Assembly (NCBI GenBank): GCA_964566505.1
Contig: CAZMIM010000004.1
Location: 1 to 62,357 of the forward strand
DNA: 62,357 nucleotides
DNA from: an uncultured Candidatus Saccharibacteria bacterium
GTDB lineage: Bacteria > Patescibacteriota > Minisyncoccia > Phycocordibacterales > PCTT01
Reading direction: 5' to 3'
Under the pieces are notes generated by a model. The model did no database searches and was not told the origin of the DNA. It was given only the letters and a program-made list of their open reading frames with translations. The position numbers and the translations under genes are program-made. The number at the start of each line of letters is the position of its first letter. Within the stretch, counting starts at the first letter, position 1. This document shows positions 57,601-60,483 of this stretch, in pieces.

Positions 57601-59561
57601 AGATTTGTCAGGATACCAGTGATGCCTCGAAGAACGCTTGTGTAGATGTTTGTAGAAGTTGCATTTGTTATAGTCGCTCGTGTTCCTGTGAGGTCTGTAA
57701 TTGTTCCTGCGGTTGCATCAAGTCGTGAGGTAAATAGGTTTGTTGAAGTCGCGTTTGTAGTAGTGCTGTTTGTGATGAGCGCATTTGCAAGTGTTGCTGT
57801 ACCTGTTGCTGTGAGGTTGGTCGCTGTGAATCCTCCTGTGATGAATCCGCTTCCGTCGATTGAGAGTGTTGTGAATGGTGATGTAGTTCCAATTCCCACT
57901 CGGTTGTTGATTGAATCTACATAGAGCGTGTTTGTATCAAATGCAACATCACCTGCGATTGTTGATGTTGCTGTTCCTTGCACGATAAGTTGCTGACCAA
58001 CAGTGAGGTCTTGTGTGAAGATTCCAAATGTTCCTTGGAAGTTTGAGATGTTGTCGATTTGTACATCATGAAGTGTTCCTCCGTGGATTGTTGGGTTGTA
58101 GATTTGTGTATCGATGAGCTGATCGATTGAGTTTGTGAGTGACACTGTTTGGTACACAGTTCGAGTCTCATAATCGTTTGTTGCTGTTCTGGTGTATAGC
58201 TCTGCAAAAACTTTATTTGAAAGCTGTTGGATGCGTTGCTCAAGCTCTGCCCGTGTTACAGCAGAAGGACTTGAAACCTCTGTAATTCGCTCTACAACTC
58301 GCTCTGGTGTAGCTTGTACCACGATAGTTCTTGGTGTCTGTGGCGCTGTAGAAGACTCTACAGGAGCCTCTGAAGTACTTGTAGCGTCTTGAGTTCCGAG
58401 TTCTGAGCTCCGAGTTCTCTGAGCTATGATTCGCTCTCTAGCCTCATCAAGATTTTGATAGATTGTCAGCTCTGTTGGTGTTACATCTTCGTTCTCGCTT
58501 CGGAAAAGGCTTTGGATTGCACTATAGATTCGTAGTGATGCTTTACCAATTGCTCCATCTGCATCGTGTATAGCAGCTACTAATACTTGTGAATCAAGAT
58601 TTATATCTGTTGGCACCTCAACTCCCTTGAATATTGCTGTAGCAACTTGTGCGTTCTCTTTGAATGAATCAACAACTACTGCAACAACCCCCTTTGTCTT
58701 GATGTCTTCTGTTACAACACTGGCTACAAACTGAGCTGTTTGGAAAGTTTCTGTTGCGATATTTTTTGCTTTTTCAAATCCTGCTTGTGCAAGCTTTGGA
58801 TTCATAACACCAAGAACTGGAAAAGCTACAACTGCAGTTACCAAAACAGACGCCACCAATGTCTTTACCGGTGAAGTACTTTGATACGGCGATGCGATTG
58901 AGTGAGTCTTTGCTGGAGCATCTGTATCTTCTACTGCTACAGACGAATGAACTGCTGGGATAAGTGCGTACTCTGGCTTCTCGATTGAAAGTGGTTGTGC
59001 CTTTTCCTGTGGAGCAACCTTTGGAGTTTTTGGAGTTACCACTGACTCAACCTTCTCTTCCACAACAGCCTCTGTCTTAACTTCCTTCTTCTCTGGCTCA
59101 ACCTCCTGTGCTACAGGAGTGTCTATGTCGTCGCTCTTTTGAGTTTGTGCATACCCAAGCACATCACTCTTTGATACAAATCGTGTTCGTCCTACAAGAG
59201 TTGATGAAAGAGCACCTTTCCGAGCAAGTTGTCCAACATAGTCTTGTGAGTACCCTGTGATAGCTGCAGCCTCTTTGGTAGAAATAAACTCTTCTCCATT
59301 TACAGCCAGGTCATCATTTGTATTTTCGCTACCGTATGCAAGCACATCTCCTTCGTGCACAAAGCGAGTACCTCCAACCATCTTGGTTCGGATGACTCCT
59401 TTGCGAGCAAGCTGTCCCACATAATCAGAAGTGAAGCCGGACAGGAGTGCGGCTTCTTTTGTTGAAATATATCTTTGACCTTTGTGCTCTATTGAGTCTT
59501 TCACGATGTATATATTGTATGGAGCATCATCAAAAATATGGCTTATTTCTGTGGACAACAT
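39672..59561 (-). CDS. giant (6,629 aa) membrane-anchored surface fibre protein: 2x HTH - TM - tail-fibre-like repeats - S74 chaperone-like domain - Ig-like domain - acidic T/E tail
   Basis: A single uninterrupted 19,890-nt ORF. The motif GNVGIGTxxPxxxLxV recurs about 45 times by eye count. See the sub-features and findings. Confidence 0.85.
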   Translation of the reverse strand: MLSTEISHIFDDAPYNIYIVKDSIEHKGQRYISTKEAALLSGFTSDYVGQLARKGVIRTKMVGGTRFVHEGDVLAYGSENTNDDLAVNGEEFISTKEAAAITGYSQDYVGQLARKGALSSTLVGRTRFVSKSDVLGYAQTQKSDDIDTPVAQEVEPEKKEVKTEAVVEEKVESVVTPKTPKVAPQEKAQPLSIEKPEYALIPAVHSSVAVEDTDAPAKTHSIASPYQSTSPVKTLVASVLVTAVVAFPVLGVMNPKLAQAGFEKAKNIATETFQTAQFVASVVTEDIKTKGVVAVVVDSFKENAQVATAIFKGVEVPTDINLDSQVLVAAIHDADGAIGKASLRIYSAIQSLFRSENEDVTPTELTIYQNLDEARERIIAQRTRSSELGTQDATSTSEAPVESSTAPQTPRTIVVQATPERVVERITEVSSPSAVTRAELEQRIQQLSNKVFAELYTRTATNDYETRTVYQTVSLTNSIDQLIDTQIYNPTIHGGTLHDVQIDNISNFQGTFGIFTQDLTVGQQLIVQGTATSTIAGDVAFDTNTLYVDSINNRVGIGTTSPFTTLSIDGSGFITGGFTATNLTATGTATLANALITNSTTTNATSTNLFTSRLDATAGTITDLTGTRATITNATSTNIYTSVLRGITGILTNLTATNATTTNATSTNSFATNLTATNSTTTNATTTNAFATNLRATDSFFTTATTTNAYITSLIAGTATTTGKLSSYSFVEAPYFTATSTLATSTFAGDLAVDSNTLYVDSINNRVGIGTDTPGQALDVPGVIRTASTFQFYNTGGSVYANGTFDALDYGFNVSGSEQMTLTTGGFLGIGSTTPGARLGVAGSGIFDGLVTASSFIATSTTATSTFAGGFAVETSGLVYDYQTNRVGIGTASPTKTLNVLTSGTPVLGNSPTVAIFQNSGAGSTNAEIQIISGTSGLAQIGLGDTVSGQAGLVQYDNLENSLSLWTATTERLTIDSSGNVGIGTTSPFALFSVAGNGYFDGSLTSSTLTATSSALIDTLSIATGSITDSTGSISFGNENLSTTGTLTSLRGLFGTATDGVDITQGSGYGEVIGRDITSSGYNDLILRASAGADITIGTDGNTTIHNDLLAQGAATTTGKLSSYSFVEAPYFVATSTTGTSTFNGDLTVLGSVAFGDTSADTLTLTGEVESDLVPSANNTYDLGSPAKYWQLGFINELNVNNLSVSSTTISGTNNSTFTLNADNPTADTEDMSFVFYRGLSSPNAVLSWDSSTERFDFNQPINLQNDNSTTTIVTLDIEGTSGQTADLLRLRDFSGNNLFNVGADGNVGIGTANPSFRLDVDATVDNDYIARFENDDSSGGYGVNIDAGNTNSTYSLLVRDYSGSNVGLAVTGAGNVGIGTSSPYAKLSVVGQVVASDFVATSATATNSLLVPTVNDAATPSIAFGDGDTGFYESADDNLRVSLAGSNQWVFISNVLSPTGGGGYIRGGGASLTTPSFVPRSADLDTGLGGDASDSLALVTGGTAALTIDSSQDATFAGQVILSALEELRLNSSSVYTYASSNTSDGEFRLVSGGPARVYIDTDNDQSSLGFEIYRGSADGSTAGYVASIGDTSTFTGDVSFGGAATTTGKLTSYSFVEAPYFTATSTSATSTFAGGFAVETSGLVYDYSTNRVGIGTASPEKELHVDGGIALTNNKYLWWDDAGGTLRNIIGLDNNDDLIIRNPVGDTAFTSGNVGIGTTTPNSLLHLEANGPVLALGSSGSNDPRVDFYDQETTTIGASMFLDNSADVLRILRTASGSATDGIAIDASGFVGVGTTSPTREFQVEGSGNVYAKVNASAGNDSALELGGSAALWTLLNEGSSSGDFKIRNSSGTALTIDTSSNVGIGTTSPIGKLNVYSGASGLGSAHTDADDLVVENSGNSGISVYSPDANNSYLAFGSPSDTFGAKLVWDYDGDLFRIGSEKTGASTSIISGNGTVALTLDSSQDAAFAGNLSIPSADNLYLDGGSNTYLTESAADTIQLVTGGSYRFQVGNSYVAIPATNNLYLDGGSNTYIEESSADVISLYAGGSRGAFVTSNGMGVDATDQLWLDGAGDTYLYESSANTVQVVTGGTTALTLDSSQNAIFAGDVTVPYGSRMFVYGTGTYDANYFEGGTQSLALKREGGSSLVSFDFSDLSTTFAGTLETADDITIDSSFPQLHLEGDSTTFRLENESSDFQITETGVGTHLSILTNSGKVGIATVTPTVLLTVGSSTPDSIATANQYNSAYISGDLEIDGTLYSDGSLSLTGTFLAADGSESAPAYSFSADTDTGIYRGGTDNLALVAGGQDFITLNETTQDELIINNDGDDIDFRVEASGVTDALFVQGSSGNVGVGTTNPSSELQVGDGSNATSPEFRIYGDANDTDDSFGSVIFQNDAGTTGANTGEGHIVAERNADKDGTNLNFKLSNSIGVLNSRLYIDGDLGNVGVGTTTPEYLLDVDGDFRAGEAGSTNAIFVDATAGTALIDNDLTLTSGSITSASGAISFGDEDLSTTGTFASGSATFSGSVDITFTSSDQYGFSWTEPGSQTGYLYTDVTGTGFSLNGTSGFGGGDASMYANSSSGDLSIWAETGGDVRLRGPSSLEGNTSITGTLDVSGLLTVTDTIYARATASNTVDVSPSSGIYEFVGDGAYYGIRQGTDNSFNIDVYNGGSDVNAFKIEQDANATFAGDVTLSAGDLDVSGSATASNFIADSATATSTFAGGFAVETTGLVYDYSTNRVGIGTASPDTRLHIERDANGGDVALTIASTNYNNTADTASLIFEGYDNQTAGKIVSGRSSAYTEAAGSADSFLAFYTSDGGSDSEHLRIDKDGNVGIGTASPSALLDVAGSTEIDSDLTLASGSITSASGAIDFGNENLSTDGRVDVANARLESNYLVQLASNSSLVISGDQATNAGANLTLYGGSHATVASDVRWRAGTGTILYYDHSAGEWDFQAKNITTTGTLDAGVATINGGTTDNAFEVVSTDANVRLRMTDSDATGSLLYTGSTDTFSLGSNTSITGALDVSSSATASNFIADSTSATSTFAGGFAVETSGLVYDYSTNRVGIGTASPARALHTVGYIRAADSSSTLDYVELSHDGTDADLRSNRGDLTLATQTDIEFTAGDSGVDAIITSAGNVGIGTTSPLNNLHVYDGSSNANGTLRVGGDRSSRGVLLGYEAIGSGRGGLSLTNTSGGSNNYFSFGFGDISGGLPATEVMTFNQSGDVGIGTSTPDETLVINHASDSTLKLRRDDTAIFEDDIIGAIDFETTDTGNPGVSARILGIAESGAPKVGLQFQTGEDGSLVDALRIDETGNVGIGTTSPREKLEIDNGDLLINNGTINASWAYSINRPILWGTTDGTFIASTDNSATDGIKFRSYTGSDLMTILDSGNVGIGTTTPDVLLDIEGAAAELRIRDTGTTQSVIRFYDTVTDEIAAVKGLSADSSLVLEANGTEVMRLVGGNVGIGTTTPNALLDVYGASSKIKIDASSGNPELQFSDGSTDEFSLYYDTGSDYFVFSEDGIGSRMVINGGNVGIGTSNPQNPLEIETTNKLGSTFTGGTDGEGLRVTQTDYSDGNYISLIEASYDDISNTPDVRVGARFTSSGSYLAFGTSNNYGTGITNTALTIGHQGNVGIGTTNPLQKLAVSNGGDEGVEVVPGTTSGASTIQSYNRGDSSYDTLRFDALNYEFDNSGSNIITIDSSGRMGINTETPSEKLEINVGSSDNDRGLQINQADTGEWAAQFDTVDYGLEIRSDDTGSIPVLSLSGNGGSTPIFEALANGNVGIGTTSPKGAFHVDSNAGAAGYAAVINNDTNSSTYNGLLLSTVANDASTYPLRIRSNTYTPTNLSTGSDLFVVTGAGNVGIGTTTPQDALHVAGDIRIDLTGYTASAGSNDLKFYGTTSGSIANDQASIRSAAYPTNTNGGNLEFYTSNTSSTLTRRMIIDGAGNVGIAETSPSSKLHVLDSANTLTLEKSAGGYFNSYGFDGNDPFLTYYAGSGMTLGYGSSTGNAPTVDTLFLANDGDVGVGQTSPQYQFHVTGTATTSAVFHRKSSNLTTDAVGIGFAQRNDTSAGITSDVRAGIYSQYNGDLYLSAGSGVSDLDTDPLTYARIFIEGSGGNVGIGTSAPASPLHISSASNISPNSSGTGHLQITGSGYAGYITLDGNAMNIGHNSGSRDLRFQTNETDRVTITETGLVGIGVTDPASKLEIAGGALRFSGSGTFGSGTDSGIYNPNTNDLSFVTNGNRVMDVTSAGNVGIGTSSPGARLEAVSAGSGNYPFITTYDGTYSYNDMLQVYQDGAEGILRLKDSGGTTEVQFGTNTSNYITGGNFGVGDSTPDAPLDVESSSSGLAIFNGTGTYGGYIQFEKGGTAEAYLGTRYHLVSNTAGYEEDTTLRAQGNLSFTTGGGTERLFINTSGNVGIGDNTPDAQLEVNKSWYSGSKSLILNNSNSANATHVSYDTMLIQQDDVPTIRLREESVSPQEMTFAVGNEYSNSATIGTTGSLYFATGRSAGIAGYTNTNWRMVVDSTGNVGIGTTTPEQSLEISGGTRHLAVSSLDSPTSGKGIEVQYRIDGSNDYGYIQTYDRDASSFKNLRIDASNLILNSASAGNVGIGTTTPPDNLSVYNSSNTRLSLSSGSGAPAILIGNMDSAGAGNPSAIAAANGSIYFGGGTSWDGGGTLSYSMTVLDGGNVGIGTTSPYAKLSVVGEVVAENFTATSTTATSTFNGGLVIDSGAFTHDFSSGVTSIDNVELGALSFDTNAGIVSWVDLPVTSAAAAATVQSYSAQIDANPILTVYAESDGSGGIQNERVGIGTTSPLTKLSVADTDGAVFTLSTDDTTVTTDNTIGKIQFYSSDASTGSTGVMADIEAIAEDGDGTDLIFRTGHSTGSGAPTLTDALTIKNTTGYVGIGTTTPGQELEVYAGASGGAFHSLSRIGVEDNTSAAISVLTTSSDIGYLMFADEGDNYAGGIEYNHATDALVLQSGDADALTLDSSQNATFAGNALVSGQITTHASANSNAEIGLYTGGFDVDEGLVLQHDTYASTRYVGTGYALGSNPVKAFFGFEAGGVTGNGLGDFVWFVDGTNDANKVAASNERMRLTEEGYLGIGTASPESKLHIDSGVSDSQLKIGTLGSFEGIWAINDADNTYKNLRIDATDLLLNSYSGGDVGIGTGSPDATLDVQVASNENVTISTLGTLSNISDYSSSGGAIGFSRTSDGADNVVGLGIYNDTDLFIGAYADIVFGTGASGVYRNANESMRIDSNGNVGIGNTSPDTKLSISGDASLSWVFDGGTEDGVAIGTGNTDGRFYAEGSQSAGLILYDSGGTSNEKTINFQINGGTSKIQSQNDSGTLNNTFIEMNHNTDNLVLNGAGNGYVGVGTTTPDTALTIADTAQQLKLTYSAGNFVTLGSNSSGSLNMTTVSGDTNLGFNGGVNNRFRIYDSGNNADVDIQTAGASYFNGGNLGVGTTSPHVTFSVHGTDGMVIPVGTTAQRPTGYAGTIRYNTTTSGFEGYNGSAWGSLGGLWSQNGSDIYFDTGSVGIGTSTPETQLNVYGSGISNGIRVGTFDNNISLFHATSSFSGTLTTKRSVASSAADGGGSYAWSSPSNAKEDDVSYTQAQPAVGNQSNRLELTDFNFSLPADAEVVGVKASILGYSQSAATGQVNAQIMKAGSAAGTTQYFGIFNTSLSTKNVTSMWGTTISKSDVENSGFGISLYVLDNSNTQNHYVDVVWLEVFYKTPTSEVMSVVGRSGSATTTSGISLSHDDVYTTISAIPQFELTTNKKTGGSFADGGGSYAWSSPSNAQLDDVSYTQATPAVGNQSNRLEVTDFGISIPDGATVTGVKAYVQGYSLSAATAQLHAQIMKAGSAAGTAEYFGVLNTTFTEKTAGSENSLWGTTISEADVENSGFGISLYVLDNSNTQNHYIDVVWLEVFYKGVSTGVESLMVSGRIHAGSDVVINEGFLCVDDNGENCSDTSRTRGYIYSESASVTAIDLAENYPTLDTTLSAGEVVALNTATTSGNVVGLVRRAHAGDDVLGIVSTKPGILLGQKIGNSVPVALKGRVPLKVNLEGGDIEIGDYLVLSSESGVAMKQVNSGRVIARALEAYNSGSTDNLIEVFVLDTYNFVTSQVFVDSEGRIGIGTTTPEYDLHVMGDVAAQSFVNISTRDEKEDIEYLADSDYDHALESIRAMKVATYNYKQRHDGLTNSYSDDEANINGSSINTSTNTKDTRFMGLIAEEAPSEVLSLDGRGVDLYKLTTVTLSAVKALDTRLTDLEAQVAELSGSVATSTVAVGVFEVSTSTATSTATTTVATFTTGFKDALLGFLQSLGARIENGFAYFTNLFADTLTVGTPERPSGITLYDQETGDAYCVVLRNGAMVSEAGECELVVVEDEETQESGVVVNNLAPEITLNGVNPSRIAKGSTYSDMGARVVDTETGNELGYTVFVDGVEMAQVSIDTSLDTTYRITYKAVGQSGEEARVDRIVIVGEGTLDSLATVEEETPEVTEQAPEQEQASVDTPIELPETPASPEATQDESTEEQATSTPEVTIEETTEETATTTPEVVIEEETTEDTATTTAEVITEEVVEESTEETPASQETTEEESTTETTETVETTEAPETTATTTPQTN
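39675..40090 (-). repeat. Thr/Glu-rich acidic low-complexity C-terminal tail
   Basis: Repeats such as TPEVTIEETTEETATTTPEVVIEEETTEDTATTTAEVITEE, with matching imperfect nucleotide tandem repeats. Confidence 0.8.
40100..40349 (-). other. Ig-like (DUF5011-type) domain
   Basis: APEITLNGVNPSRIAKGSTYSDMGARVVD...YRITYKAVGQSGEEARVDRIVIV. Confidence 0.5.
40718..41075 (-). other. Peptidase_S74-like intramolecular chaperone / autoprocessing domain (aa ~6163-6281)
   Basis: S-TRDEKEDIEYL...ALESIRAMKVATYNYK...FMGLIAEEAPSEVL...LYKLTTVTLSAVKALDTRLTDLEAQV follows the SDxRxK...Y.YK...GxIAQE...coiled-coil pattern of endosialidase and tail-fibre chaperone domains. Confidence 0.6.
41760..42950 (-). repeat. tandem duplication of a ~195-198-aa module inside the giant ORF
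   Basis: DGGGSYAWSSPSNA...NSGFGISLYVLDNSNTQNHY(V/I)DVVWLEVFYK occurs twice. The period is 594 nt at the module ends and 585 nt at the starts. The shadow ORFs at 41815 and 42409 begin with identical 16 aa. Confidence 0.85.
58803..58865 (-). other. the single predicted TM helix of the giant ORF (aa 233-253)
   Basis: KTLVASVLVTAVVAFPVLGVM. It is the only long hydrophobic stretch in the N-terminal region that I read closely. Confidence 0.6.
59151..59474 (-). other. two tandem excisionase/MerR-like HTH domains (aa 30-76 and 91-137 of the giant ORF)
   Basis: YISTKEAALLSGFTSDYVGQLARKGVIRTKMVGGTRFVHEGDVLAY and FISTKEAAAITGYSQDYVGQLARKGALSSTLVGRTRFVSKSDVLGY. Confidence 0.6.
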
Positions 59562-60146
59562 CGTCTATCCGAGCTCTTCCAGAGATGAAATACATTTTTG
59601 TTGAGGGATATTCTTCCGAGCTCTATCCGAGCACACGATATGCTATTTTTTGTATTTTTTATGCCTATTTTTACACTTCTGAAATAAGCCTTATTTCTAG
59701 GGCGTTTCACTTCATTTTCTCCTTTGTTTTCTATATAAAATCTTCACAAAGAGCATACAGAGGCTCTTTATTACCCTTTTAATTCTCCTTCTTGATTAAG
59801 GACATTTTTTGAAAAAATATAAAAAAAGTTTTTCGTTTTTTTATGAGGCTTTGTTAAGCACTTCTGTAGCATCTCTGCTGATCTCGTATCTACTTACAAG
59901 CCTCATAATGTCTTTTAACATCCAAACCTATGTATAGTTAGGTTCATTTAACTGACTTTGTTTATATACAAAATAACAGCTCAACACCAAAGTCTCTTTG
60001 TATTCCCTATTTTTACTCTTTCCGAGATATCTCACATGAAAATATTATCTCGTCTTGTTGTGAGAGTCTTTTGTGTTTCACGGAACGTTTTTTACAACTT
60101 TTCTTCCCTCTCTCTAGAACTTGCATATATGTCAAGATTTTTGTCT

Positions 60147-60176
60147 AAAACAACAAAAAACACTCCTTGCGGAGTG
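60147..60176 (-). terminator. rho-independent terminator ~300 nt downstream of the hydrolase-like gene
   Basis: The minus strand reads cactcc-gcaa-ggagtg followed by ttttttgttgtttt. Confidence 0.55.
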
Positions 60177-60285
60177 CGGTATTGACGTATACCTATTTGT
60201 ATTATATTTGCTTGTATGGCTGTTGACGGGTTTTGAAGAAATAACATTTCTTCAAATAAATCCTAATATCTAATACCTAAATCCT

Positions 60286-60483
60286 AAACTACCCTATCCC
60301 TAATTAGACAACAAAGCTTCTGTCGTATATGTGTTACCAGCATCCTCCGCCGACGCTCTTACGAGCTTTGGCGGACAGGCGCCTCATCCTAATTAGACAA
60401 CAATGCTTCTCTTGTATATTTATTTGACGCGTCCTCCCGATACTAGAAGCTTAGCTTCAGTACGGGACAAGCGCCGCATCCTA
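60286..60483 (-). repeat. two extra diverged tandem copies (period 89-92 nt) of the last ~16 codons plus stop of the upstream gene, each with its own hairpin
   Basis: CATCCTA(A/G)TTAG(A/G)CAA(C/T)AA... recurs, with stop-equivalent triplets at 60300, 60389 and 60481. Hairpins at 60346-60375 and 60435-60467. Confidence 0.8.

Noticed and set aside
39681-58392. Dozens of plus-strand ORFs (60-282 aa, such as 55867..56715, 51688..52470 and 42409..42969) opposite the giant gene
   Set aside because: They are shadow ORFs. They repeat VVPIPTFP, the reverse-complement reading of GNVGIGTT, and have Ser/Val/Pro low-complexity composition. They lie wholly inside an uninterrupted 19.9-kb ORF that has recognisable domains.
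59700-59725. Mini-ORF with a strong SD (minus strand AAAGGAGAAAATGAAGTGA, reading M-K-stop) in the giant-gene leader
   Set aside because: It is only two codons. This could be chance in AT-rich sequence and there is no supporting conservation information.
60261-60300. CCTAA/CCCTAA-like short repeats (atcctaatatctaatacctaaatcctaaactaccctatccc) as telomere-like repeats
   Set aside because: They are irregular and short, sit inside a bacterial 3' UTR, and are more simply a degenerate continuation of the tandem 3'-end repeat.
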